Assembly (NCBI GenBank): GCA_013239625.1
Contig: MU053629.1
Location: 3,871,567 to 3,935,566 of the forward strand
DNA from: Lama guanicoe
Lineage: Eukaryota
Reading direction: 5' to 3'
Length of the DNA: 64,000 nucleotides
In this document: positions 37,998 through 49,684 of the stretch, in pieces
How positions within the stretch are numbered: the stretch's first letter is position 1
How the letters are laid out: each line of letters begins with the position of its first letter
Position numbers and translations under genes: made by a program
The notes under the pieces: generated by a model
What the model saw: only the letters and a program-made list of their open reading frames with translations
Database searches by the model: none
Told to the model about the DNA's origin: nothing

Positions 37998-38334
37998 GAG
38001 GTTTTTTTCCTAATTTTATTTTATTGAATTATGGTCAGTTTACAATGTTGTGTCAATTTCCAGTGTAGAGCGCAATTTTTCAGTGATACATGAACATACA
38101 TATATTCATTGTCGCATTCTTTCTCATTGTGAGCTACCACAAAATCTTGTATATATTTCCCTGTGCTGTACAGTATAATCTCGTTTATCCATTCTATATA
38201 TACCTGTCAGTATCTACAAATTTGACTTTTAACTCCCAGTCTGTCCCTTCCCACCCCCCTCCCCCTTGGCAACCACAGGTTTGTATTCTATGTCTATGAG
38301 TCTGTTTCTGTTTTATATTTAAGTTCATTTGAGA
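37998..38334 (-). mobile_element. Lineage-specific L1 3' end
   Basis: cagtttacaatgttgtgtcaatttc...ggcaaccacaggtttgtattctatgtctatgagtctgtttctg; partial TSD gataggctg at 37983-37991 and 38335-38343. Confidence 0.9.
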
Positions 38335-39569
38335 GATAGGCTGTTTTATTCTTGTCCCTAGTACCCCTCTGCTGTTTGCTTGCTGTGTGACCTTAGGCAA
38401 GCCCCTTTCCCTCTCTGGGCCTAAAAGAACGGCACATTCATTCACTCTGTCTCTGGATTTTCTGGAAACTGGCAGCCTATTAGATGTGCACGGAAAGGAG
38501 CTGTGTCTTTATTGGTTCCAGTGCTGTTCTTACTCTTCAGAAGCTCCTTAGGACTGTGAGGGTCATGGCCCAGCTCTGGGAGTCACCTTCCTGTTGAGTG
38601 GTCACCCCCAGGTTGGGGAGCTTACAGAAATTCCTGTTTGCTCACAGGAAGGTGCCAGGCAGACCCCTGTGGATTCCCAGGTGCCATCACATGCAAGCAG
38701 GGCTGCACTTTCCAGAGTCCCCGCATTCCCTGAAATCCACAAACCACGGTCACTGATGACCATTGCTGGGCCTCAGTTCCCCCTTTTGTACCGGGAGAAG
38801 AGAGGAGCCAGCCTGAATCTGTGGTTTTCAGAGTCTTACAGGAGCTTCTCCAAAGCATGAGGGAGGGGGCAGCTGTACTTTCACGTATTTCAGACCCTGG
38901 GATTAACAGTAAGATTCTATATGGGGGAGAGAGGGTGGTGGCTATTCCACTGCTAAATAAGAAGGCAAATTTTAAGAACCAAGTAGGTGATTCCTTCCTG
39001 CTCAAGTCTCTTATGCTGAGACTATTACTATGTTAAGGTCATCCTTGGGTGGTGCCCCAGGGAACCCCAAAGGGGGAGGATGGGCTGCTGCATACAGGGT
39101 GTAGGGCAGGATCCTGCGTATGAAAAGCTCTGTTCGTGATTGCCTGCCAGTCTGTGAAATCTCCCTGCAGTCATCTGCTTCCCTGCAGTAGTGGCCCTAC
39201 CTGGGCTCCAGGTGGAGGAGCCCACGGTGCATCCCTGGGCTTTGTGGGTACTATGTGGCTCGCAAGGGGCTCACTGCTGGTCTCCCAGCACTAGCCTGGC
39301 CGGGCCGGCTGCGGTTATCACCCCATTTTATGGATGAAAAGCTGAGGCTCAGGGAAGGAGGAGCCTGCCCGCAGTGAGGGGCTGAGTGAGTGGCAGGGCC
39401 CTCTCAGTGGGGGCCGGGCAGTCATCTCCCCCTCCCTGGACAGGGCTGGGCTTGGCCCCTACCTCTGCATGGGGCTTCCAGCCAGGGGAGCCCACAGTGG
39501 GGTTAAACAGAAAGGCCTCCTGGAGGAAGGGAAAGATTCCCAGAGTTCTGTGCTTCAAGCCATTTTGGT

Positions 39570-40110
39570 AAAAAAAACCTAATTAGAGGTGACAATGGTG
39601 ACTTTGTCTGTGTGCTCACTTTTTCCTCCCTCTTCCCTACACCTCCCCCTTCTCTCTGTCCCTCATTTGTTACATCCATGGGAAAACTAGGTAACATTAT
39701 AATTACTGAAAATATTGTGGGTCCGTGGAAGCTAGGGGGAGGGGCGTGCCTGGGAGTGCAGGAGGCCCTTTTTAAAAAAAAAAAGAATTTTTTTTTCAGG
39801 TTTTATTTTATTTTTTTCCTTTCGCTTGGAAATGGAGCCCTTTGCAGTCATGCTGTCACAGTTAAAATAAGGTTTAAATTACAGGCCAGCCCGTGGCTTT
39901 TCCCCTTTCTTTCAGAGTTTTTGCCAACTTGCAATTTACTTAATGAAATCCTGCTATTCCATTTAACGGGGATATTTTTTGCAGATGTTGATTTAACTTA
40001 GCTTTGCAAAATATGTGAACTGTACCGTTTCTTTTCCTATTTTTAACGGTTTCAGGATTCTGGTTCAGCAACTCCACCGGCCCCACCATGCCAACAGTGG
40101 TGTTTACTCC
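39570..40110. promoter_or_regulatory. AT-rich, repeat-free candidate enhancer
   Basis: CTAATTAG, ACAATGG, TGTCA, TTGCAAT and multiple TAAT motifs in non-repeat sequence. Confidence 0.35.
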
Positions 40111-41989
40111 CGTCCCTTGAAAATACTTGTTTTCCGTTGCTCTGTCTGCCCTCCCCTCCATCCCACATGCCCACAAAGGGGAGGGGTCCCGTACACAGCA
40201 GAATCTTCCAGAGGAGACTCTACCAGGTTTAGTAATGGACGGAACTGGACTGAAGGGACCCCAGAGTTTCTTATAGTCCAGCCCCCTTGTTTTGAAGGAA
40301 TAGAGGCTCAGAGTAGGGAAGTGACTTGCTTTAAGTCACACAGCAAATTCCGAGCATAGTGGCTTGAGGCGTAAGCAGGGTCCTCTGGACACAGGTGAGA
40401 GTGGGACGGAGGGGGTTCTTGCCTTGTGGCTATTTTGACTGATTCTCCCCCCAAGGAAGAGAGAGACCTTTCTCCTTCCCCCTCAGGGAGCTTTGGATTT
40501 GACCCTCATGTATTGGGAGGAAGTTTTGCTTCATATCTACCTGGGACAGCTACAAACCCACAAGAGTCCTGAGACTTGGGGTTGTAAGGAAAGGCTTCTA
40601 CTTCTTGACTGGCTTCTGTGACCTGGGTAAATTGCTTCCTCTCCCCGAGCCTCAGTTTCCCCATCTGTACAGTGTAGGTGATCGTCCTCGTCTCCTATAC
40701 GGTTGTAAGGATCTAAAGGAGGAGGGCGGTGTGGGAAGGTCTGGCATGAAGCCCAGCAGGTGTCCAGGGAATGCTTTTTTTAAAATTACATTCTTGCACA
40801 CCGGCAACTCCGATCCCCATGGGAGGACGCAGGTGGAGGGATGTGACAGGCGAGTGAACCTGGTGTCTGTGGGTGCCCAGGATCCACCTCAGGCGTAGCA
40901 GGACATGCTCCTCTGTTTTCAACTGGGGACCTCCAACAGCCACCCCTTCCTTAATGTGGAGTCACCCAGAATGACAGGGACTCATGTGGACGCAGGACAG
41001 AGTGGGCAGATTATTTTGCTAGGCAGGGCACTGGCCCAGAGACAGCAGGGGACTTGCCAGGGGCAGCGCCTGAACCCAGGGCGTCATCCCTGATGGTTCC
41101 CGAGGTGTGGTCCAGCCGCCAAGGATGGGTCTCTCCCTGACTCCCCAGGTCAGGGGCTGGTGCATCCTGATCCCGGCCCTTTTGGGGCCTCGCCCCCAGC
41201 CTCTCCGAGGGCTTGCCTGGCTCCAGCATCCAGGCTGATGGAAATTGTGGAGGTGGGGCCGGCAGGGCAGGAGCGCGGGGGCAGCGGTTCAGGGCTGGAG
41301 GGCGCCGGGCTGGGCTTGCCCCGAGCGCCGCATTCCTCACACACGCCCTGGATGCCGGAATGTCCACTGAGCTGCGAAGGAAATGCTGGCAGGACAATAG
41401 AGCCTCGGGCGGGCGGGTGGGCAGAGCGCGATGGGCCGGGGCACCGGGGATCAGGCCCTCTGCAGACGTGGAGGTCGCCCGGCTGGGGCCGGGAGGGAGG
41501 GATGGCCGCCTGGCACGCCAGGGACCTCAGGGAGCAGTTTTCCGCGGCCCTCAGGGGCCGATCTCTGATGAGGCTGACTGAGAGGGCCAGGGACCCTCCT
41601 CGAAGCTGACTCCACGATCCGTAAACCCCATTGCTATCAAGTTGTTGTCTTGCGTGTGTCTACGGGTGGAGGCGGTGGGAAGGAAAGTGTGACTGGAACT
41701 TTCGTTGCCTGAAGAATTCATCACACGGATCCCTGTATATTCATGACCCTTGGTTCTTTAACACGCTCCTTTTTATTACTAAATATAAAGTCACGTGTCA
41801 TCACGCAAGCAATGTAGTTGTGGCCTCTTTATATAACGTTCAAAATGTACTGATAAAGCCGTCATCTCCGTTTCTTCCCCATCCCGCTTTCCTCCTGAGA
41901 ATTAGCTACTCTTAAACTTGGCAGGATGAAAAAAGTAACAAGACATGGTAGGTTAAAATGCATATATACAATGACGCGGCAAGTCCGAA

Positions 41990-42640
41990 CGCTAGTGACA
42001 GTAAGTGTCACAAAAGCTCTCAGACTGTGTTTTTATAAATCCAGCTCTATGCTGGATTTCTAGGAGAGACACTCCTAAACAGAATCCTACAGGAAGGTTG
42101 AAACTAAAGAGAATGGGGGAGAAAAGACATACTGAGTCAGTGCTAAACAAAGCGAAGGCAAGGACAGCGGTATTAATATGAGGTAACATAGTTCCAAGCA
42201 AAAGAGCATTAAAAGGAACAAAGTAAATTTTACAAAGATCAAGGGTTGGCAGACTTTCCATAAAGGGCCAGATAAACATTTTCAGCTTTGTAGGCTGTTC
42301 AGTCTCTGTCCCACTGCTCAGCACTGCCCTTGTGGCATCCACAGACGATACGTAACACAACGCAGGTGACTGTGTTCCAGTAAATTTTTAGTTACCAGAG
42401 CAAGCGGTGGGGGCAAGGTTCGGCTTTTGCTGACCCCTGACATAGATCAAAGCTAAGATGGTCAGGAAGACAGAACAGAACGATCAAGAGTCTCTATACA
42501 CTTAACGACATAGCTTTGAAATCTCTAAATCAAAGATAGAAATAAAAAAGGGAATTTAAGAAACTCACAGAAGAATGGGACTTTATAACAGAGCTTTCAG
42601 AAGTTGGCAGATCCAGGAGAGAGAAATAGGGAGAATTACG
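41990..42640 (+). mobile_element. Decayed L1 ORF2 endonuclease-region fragment
   Basis: Degenerate similarity to the L1 EN block (gagacactcct, ggttgaaactaaagagaatgg, gcggtattaatat, gggactttataaca); interrupted by MER58A. Confidence 0.6.
42240..42439 (+). mobile_element. MER58A hAT MITE
   Basis: caagggttggcagacttt...taaagggccagata...tttgctgacccctg; 8-bp TSD acaaagat (42232-42239) vs acatagat (42440-42447). Confidence 0.88.
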
Positions 42641-44043
42641 AACCGCACTGCAAGCGTGTTGGGACGTATGTGTGTGTATCCTACAGGTGCTTGTCCCGGT
42701 GTACTCTGCTCACTCCTTGGATGTTTTTTAACTTTTTAAATTTTTTTTAACTCCTTAACTCGAATAGTCAATCTGATCTCTAAATGGGCTTGACAAATAA
42801 AGAGGAAGTAGAAGGTGCTGCGTACAGTCTGAGTTCCCGCTTGTAAAGTCCACCTGTCTCCCAGCATTAGCCACGCCCAGTTGTAGGCGGGTCCCTGCCC
42901 TGAATGAGCCTTGGTCTGTGGGGTGTGGGATGTACACCCATGAAACGGGGGAGAACTGGCCGGGTCCTGACCCTCCTTGCCGACCACCTCTCCGTGGCTC
43001 CCTGTGCCCGCAGCATGCCACAAGGGCTCGGCCTAGCCAGTCCTTGCAGACTCTCCTTCCTCCGCGAGCCCTTCTGTGCTCTGTGATCTGGCCTCGGGAG
43101 ACTGTTTCCACCTAGACTTTGCCCAGCCCTGGAGCACCGCTTTCCCTACCCATCCCTCCCATTGCCTCATCTTCCCACTCGGCACCCTCCCCCGCTGGGT
43201 GGAAGGTGGGTTTGGTGGTCCACCCTTCTCCCTGCTGCCCCTCATTTATGATGCTCTTTGTGGTCCTATCCTCTCTTCCCCTGGCTTGGAGCTCTGAGGG
43301 CGGAGGTGTATCTGGACCCCTGATACCCCAGGAGACCAGCACTGTGGGTCTGGGCAGTGCCCGTGCATGGAAGGGGGCACCTGTGGAGAGACAGCCTCCC
43401 TGCCTGCTGCGCGCCCCGCCGCAGTGGAGAGGTCAGACTGCATGTTTGTGAAGCCCGGAACCACCCCTTCACCAGTTGGTGACCTGGGATCGATCGGTCC
43501 GGAGTCCTCAGTTTCCTCCTTGTCTGTCAAATGGAAAACTAACAATATTTGCCCCCAGGCTTGTGGGAACTAGGTGGCACACTCCAGCACGTAGCCAGCT
43601 GGCAGGACATGTCAGCTGTTAGTGTGGTGGTTCCCCCTTGTCCTGGGTGCCCTTGATCCCACTTCACAGATGGGGAATCGGAGGCCCAGAGAGGCTGAGG
43701 CCATTTGTCCCTGACACACAGTTAGGAAGTGGCAGAGCTGGGATTTGAACTGAGATCCTTGATGCCGACTCCTGCGAGGAGATGCATGCTGTCCCCGGGG
43801 CCTGACCTCCAACACACCCAGACGCACTGAGTCAGGGCCATCCGCGGTGGCTCCAGAGTGTCGCCTTCCCTGCTGGTCCCCCGGCCTGGCGCTGGGACCG
43901 CCACGTCCGTCCTATGCTAGGAAGTCGATCTAGTTTGGTCTCCTTCCTGCCCGTCATCCCTCCCTCGAGGAAGCCAGCTCCCTCACCACTGTGCCACGCA
44001 GTTGAACCCTCCGCTCATGGGATCGTGACATACCAGCCAGAAA

Positions 44044-44170
44044 AGGGGCCTCTTAAATCTTGTGAAAAACATAGATTCCTGGGCTCTACCCAGGACCCAT
44101 GAATCAGAATCTCCAGGGGCGGGGCCTGGGAATCTGGACACAAGGGCCCAAAGTAGGGGAAACACGGCTC
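44044..44170. mobile_element. MER5A-like fragment
   Basis: agattcctgggc...gaatcagaatctccaggggcggggcctgggaatctg. Confidence 0.65.
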
Positions 44171-45771
44171 TTTTAACCCTTTTATTTTTTGGTTGAGGAA
44201 GCCAGGCTTCACAGAAGGGTCTGCGTTGCAGGGAGGCCCAGTGAGCCCTGGGGGCCTGGAAAGCCCTCTCTGGACTCTTCCCGGGGCTGCAGCTGCTGCC
44301 CCCTCCCAGCACTGTCCCCACGCCTCCCTCCTCATCCCCTGGCCCCGAATCTCTAGGAACCCTGTACAATGGAAGTGGTTGCAAATGAGTGTGCAGAGAC
44401 CTTCTGGAAACGCAGGCTCTGCTCGGAGACTTCCTGTGTCTTACAATGTTATCTTCAGAATAGGAAACTTTGCCCCATTTTTGCAACGCACATCCTTTGC
44501 CTGAGAGTCTGTGGTGGTGCCGGCCAGCCGGGGCGGGTCCCTTCTCAGGCAGAGGCGGGGAGTTGTTCTGACAGCCGTGCGAGGAAGGACTCTCTCCCTG
44601 CTACCCACAAGAACAAACAAACAGACCCTTTTGCAAAAATAATTCATGTTGGCCAGACTCATGAGGATTATTTGTTCCTTGAGCCCAGTGGTACTGAGGA
44701 CCAAGTCATTCGTTGAGAGACAGGAGCCCTCGCTGAGAGGCCCAGCCCTGCTGCCTGACCTCCGGCAAGTGATTTCTGCTCTCTGAGCCTCAGTTTCCTC
44801 TTCTGTAAAGGGAGGCGGTGGGGCCGCATGAGCTCTAACTCTGACATTGAGCAGTCCCCCAAGAATCCCTTGGATTCCCCTGACCTCCTCCAAGCTTCTC
44901 TTTGAAATAAGCATGATGTTGCTGTTGGACAGAATGTCCCCGGCACCCTGTAATTTTCTGAATTTCCACCAATCCAAGAGTGGCATGCCCCTTCCTCCCT
45001 CAGCCTCAACTCTTGAGACAGTCACATCACCCCCTGGGGTTGGCGGGTGGATTCCCCGAGTGACAGGTTCCATTTTGAATCGGGAGCAGGGAAGTGCCCC
45101 TCGGAGCTCCCCGGGAGTGGGATTTTTCTGCAGGCTTGCAGTTAGTGACTGGCCCCGGCGAGCACTCGCCTCCTATAGGCCAGCTGCAAAGAATGTTTAC
45201 ACTGTTTCTTTTATTCCCCTCAGGCTGGAAGTCTTAGGGCTATTTGGTGTGAGGGGGGAAAAATGTGTGTATAGCCCACTGAATAACTTGCAACTGACCA
45301 GAAGGAATGGTGTTTACAGAAACAACAACCTGTCTGATTTCCTTCGACATTGCCACTGTCCTCTCGCCACTTCAGCCTCCGGAACATCCCTTGCCACAGA
45401 ATTATGTGTTCTTCCAGGGGGCCCAGGTTGGTGTGTCCTTGCACACAGTAGGCATTTAGAGAGCGTGAGAGAGGAGTCCCGCCTCCCAAGCACATGCACT
45501 TCTTGCCTCTCGTTGGCACTTGTGTTGGCTGGACCCCAAACCCACAATGAGTGGTTCTTGAAAACATCCTACCCACTCTTTCCCCTCAGGGAATTTGCTT
45601 TCAGGGTTTTCAGGGTGGGGCTCCGCATGTTCCAGGCCTGGGCAGGGCGGCTCTCGTGGCTGGCCGGGTGCGGTCAGGAGGGGGCGCTCTGTTGGGGGAG
45701 GTAGAGATGGCCAGACGCTGGTGTGACGGACCTGTGGTTCTTCGTGGGTCTTTAGAAATAAGCGAGTCCCA

Positions 45772-45868
45772 GGGTGGGTATAGCTCAGTGGTAGAGCGCG
45801 TGCTTAGCATGCCGAAGGTCCTGGGTTCGATCCCCAGTACCTCCACTAACAACAACAAGAAAAGTAAA
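45772..45868 (+). mobile_element. tRNA-Ala(AGC)-derived SINE / tRNA retropseudogene
   Basis: tRNA body at 45774-45845 with intact A and B boxes, A-rich tail, degenerate TSD agaaataagcgagtc / agaaaggtgtgagtc; anticodon stem disrupted. Confidence 0.88.
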
Positions 45869-47289
45869 AGAAAGGTGTGAGTCTGCCTGCCTGTTTTACA
45901 GTAAAGGCCATGAGGAGGGAGAGGGTTAAACCAAGTGGGTACCCAGATTCCAAGAAGATCTTTCTGGTCAAACTGCAGGTCAACTTCAGAACCCATGACG
46001 CTGTGGCAGGACGTCCCTCTGTGGGCAGGACGCATGCGTGAGGCAAGCCCCAGCGTCTGTTTTTGTTTCTCTTACCTGATGGCAATTTTTGAAGCCCAAG
46101 GCTGGGAGGGTGCAAAGGGATTGGAAGGGAGAAAAAGCATTGCCAGTACACCTGGCTTTCCTGCCCCCCCAGATGAATCTCCCCCCACGAGACACAGCAG
46201 AGAGGCCCCTGCTAGCCTCGGGAGCACCTCTGAGGCTGGTTCCATCACCCAGTGGGTGCTCTCAAGGTCTTGGAGTTCCAGAAAATGTCTGGGATGCGCA
46301 GAGGGCAGTAGCCACAGAGTGGTGGTCTGCCGAGCAACTCCAGAACTAGGAGACAGAAGGTGGAGGGAAAAGAACCATCTTCCGGCCTTTGGCAGGCTGG
46401 GTCTGACTTGTCGCCCACAGTCAGTGCCACTTGGAGGGGCTCTGCCTTCCTCTGGTGTCCTTAGGCTGGCGGGCTGCAGGGTAGTGCCAGGACAGAGGCA
46501 CCCTGGGGAGGCTGGCGGCTCTGGGTCTCCCTGGCACAGCTCCAGCCCCCACGTGCCCAGAGACGTAGGCGGTTGCTCCTGACTCGGTGGCCTTGGGGAC
46601 CCACCCGGCCGGAACCTGCCATTCCCCTGTCAGTGCCGCCTCCCCGACTTGGCAGGGCCATCTCCTCGAGCTGGAGCAGCCTCTGGTATTTCCAGCTTGG
46701 CCCTCTGCCCACCTCTCTGGGGCCTCGCAGTCTGTCCTCTCGGGCCAGGACCAACACACCCTCTCAGCATGACGGCTTCCCAGCCTTGTCCGGGCCTCTT
46801 CCTGCCACCGCATCCTCCCTACGCAGAGTCCGTGGTCCCCTCACCTGGCCTGATTCTCAGAACACATTAGTGACCCCGCCGGAGCCGAAATGTGCTTCCT
46901 CCTAGGGAGAGAACAGGGGGCCTGCCTCATGTGGAAGTCACCAAGGAGGCATAAACAACCGGGGTTCCCCGACTGCAGGTGACGCCTGAAAGGTTTCCAT
47001 ATGGGGTGGGGCCCCTCCCCACCTGCTCTCCCGTGGAAACGCCCCAGTTGGCTGGGTCCCCTGGCCAAACGCCTTAGGAAACGCCACTTCTTTCAGATGG
47101 GCATGGAGATAACTGGGTGGCACGTTGGCGTGCCGGAGCCAAGGGCCACCACTCCTTCCTGGGTGGCCGCAGGAGGACCTGGTGGCGCTGGAGGTGCAGC
47201 CGTCGAAATGGCATTCCCCCCCCAGATGCACAGAAAGGAAGCACGGACAACTCAGGACTCCTCACCAACTCAGGCGATCGGGTGGTGGG

Positions 47290-47640
47290 TGATTGGCAAG
47301 CTTACTGTCTAGAAACCCACTTTTGTGATTTTCAAATACGCGATGCTAACCGGATAACGTTTCCTGTTAGAGGTCATTCGGAGATCTGCTTTAGTGAACA
47401 GATAAGAGCGATTTGTAATTGGTATTCCCGTTGTTTATACAATGCTAGTAGCATAAACAGTCCTCCTGAACCTTATTTATATTTTGCATTTGTTTATCAA
47501 AACTTTTTTTTTTAAACTTCAACCCAGCTGCTTTCGGAATTATTGCAAGCTCTGGATTTATGGGTCCTAATTCACGGTACTTCATTTGTGCACAATAATT
47601 TCTCTCAGCAATATGCATGCTTTATCCAAGAGCCCCGGTG
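47290..47640. promoter_or_regulatory. Motif-dense candidate enhancer
   Basis: AGATAAG (GATA), TGTTTAT twice plus ATAAACA (FOX), TTCCTG (ETS), GGATTTATGG (HOX-like); non-repeat and retains CpGs. Confidence 0.5.
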
Positions 47641-48063
47641 CTTAGGGTGAGGAAAGCCAAAAGTGCCCTTTCCTCCCCAGAGTGTCAGCGTTACAGGAAG
47701 ACACGGTGGGGACAAATCGTTTGTTTGCCTTATCTGATCAAAAGCAGACAGGTTATGGAGCATCGATAAAGCATGAGCTTTCAAAGAGCTTTCCTAGACT
47801 GTACCCTAAGGTGTGAAGTCCCCAGAGCTTGACTGAGACTCTGCAGGTGGGGCTGACATACTGTGGGGCGTGTACGGGCCAGTGGAGGATGGAGGAGAGG
47901 AGGTGACCAAAGGATTCCTGATGGCAATTTCCAGCAACCAACAAATGTTTATCCCTTTTTAGGACCTGGTAAGTTCCCTCTGTCGTTCTGTACTTCACCC
48001 GTCTTACAGCTCACCCTTGATTGGCATCAGCACTCCTGCGTTGCCTCCAATCAGGAATTAACA

Positions 48064-48195
48064 GGGGAGGGTATAGCTCAGTGGTTAGAGCACATGCTTA
48101 GCATGCACAAGGTCCTGGGTTCAATCCCCATTAAACTGACTAACTAAATAAACCTAATTACCTCCCCTACCCGAACAAAAAAAAAAGAAAAGAAA
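48064..48195 (+). mobile_element. tRNA-Ala-derived camelid-type SINE (Vic-1-like)
   Basis: ggggagggtatagctcagtggttagagcacatgcttagcatgcacaaggtcctgggttcaatcccc, then taaataaacctaattacctcccc and an A tail; TSD aggaattaac / aggacttaac. Confidence 0.9.
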
Positions 48196-48403
48196 AGGAC
48201 TTAACGGTCCTACTTGGCCCAGGGGTGCAGCACTGATCTCAGGAGAGCTGCGCTCCCATTTCACAGTTGGATCTCACTGTCGTATGGGGCTGTGTTTCAC
48301 ACCAAGCCTGATCACCTTGTTCTGTTGCCCTGCACACTCCTTGTGTCTGCAGAGCCTTCCCGAAGGCTTGACCCAAAGAGGGGCTCGCAGGTGTGTCCTC
48401 TTT

Positions 48404-48590
48404 GCTGACTGCCTGGTGGAACCAGTATAGGCCAGAAGTTGATGCCCCCCGGGGCACACGCTGCAAAAAGCGATGGAAGGAAGAGGAGGTGTGGAGTCCG
48501 GCTGCCCTGGGTTCAAATTCTGACTAATTGGCTGTGCGACCTGGGGTAGAGGGCTTAACCTCCCTGAGCCTCCATTTTCTTCTCTATAAG
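48404..48590 (+). repeat. Local direct duplication, copy 1 (copy 2 at 49493-49684)
   Basis: gctgactgcctggtggaaccagtataggc...ggagtccggctgccctggg...agagggcttaacctccc is present twice, 1089 nt apart. Confidence 0.95.
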
Positions 48591-49492
48591 AGGACACAGG
48601 TGACCCCAAAATCACCTGAGCCACTTCACTAAACCTAAACTAAACTGCAGCCTCTCCGGCCCTGTGCTCACCCAGCTGCTGATCATTTTTCTTCATCCAG
48701 TGAGGATAAAGCGAGCAGGTGAAATTAGAGACGGGCCTTCCCCAGCCCAGCCTCTGGATTGCCTCTTAGCTCTGTTTTGGTGTCTTTCTGGGTAGTGAGA
48801 ATTCTCATAGGGGAGGGCTCACTGGCTACCCTCTTCCTACGCACACACACACAGCAGCTTGCATGTTGGGCGAGCGTAGCCCCATTTCACAGATGAGAAA
48901 CTGAGGCATACCAGGCTTTAACAATGATGGTTGCACACAGGTTGGGTTGGCGCTGTGGGATGGAGTTGGGAAAGGAGACTCCTGGGTGTTTGGGGTTTCT
49001 GCTGTTATTTTTAACTCTGGTTTTAAGCGTCTTTCCTTGCAGCTATGGCCACAAGATAGGGCTGGGATGTTGTGAGACGCTTGATGTAACTCAAAGGGCC
49101 TGGCCTGTGAGTTCCTGACCGAGGAGGAAGTGGTTAGGTGGCCAAGAATGCAACCTGCACCTCCCAGATTAATTAATAATTGAGTGCTGGCCCCCGGCCA
49201 GGCGGAGCCGCGGGAGATACAGTGAACCAAGAGTGGTTAACTACCGTGGGGGAAGGAAAAGTTTGACTTTGCCTGTGGCTAAAAGGGAAATTCACAATGG
49301 CCATGATTTATGGGCTGAATTACTTCGGATCCTCCTTAGTGGGCCCAGCTTGGGCATGTGCTCCAGGAATGCAGACGCTGGCAGCCTGCAGGGCCATTTG
49401 TGCCCACGGGGAAAGGGGAGGGGACTGCAGGGCAGGCGCCAGCCTCGGTGGAGGAGGTGTCACACTCGTGGGAGACGGCAGGGAGAGACTGC

Positions 49493-49684
49493 GCTGACTG
49501 CCTGGTGGAACCAGTATAGGCTAGAAGTTGAGTGCCCCTCCCCCGGGTCACACGCTGCAGAGAGGGGTGGAAAGAAGAGGGGGTATGGAGTCCGGCTGCC
49601 CTGGGCTCAAATTCTGGCTAATTGGCTGTGTGACCTGGGGCAGAGGGCTTAACCTCCCCGAGCCTCCATGTCCTCCTCTGTAAG
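49493..49684 (+). repeat. Local direct duplication, copy 2 (unique sequence plus MIR head)
   Basis: Aligns by eye to 48404-48590 with scattered substitutions and small indels; the MIR continues downstream only in this copy. Confidence 0.95.

Noticed and set aside
44847..45704. 285-aa ORF, the longest in the track
   Set aside because: Non-ATG start, no recognisable homology or coding-like composition, overlaps repeat-like sequence.
45774..45845. Functional tRNA-Ala gene
   Set aside because: Anticodon stem and one acceptor-stem pair are broken; the A-rich tail and TSD indicate a retrocopy.
45935..46582. 215-aa ORF
   Set aside because: No domain, GC-rich low-stop background.
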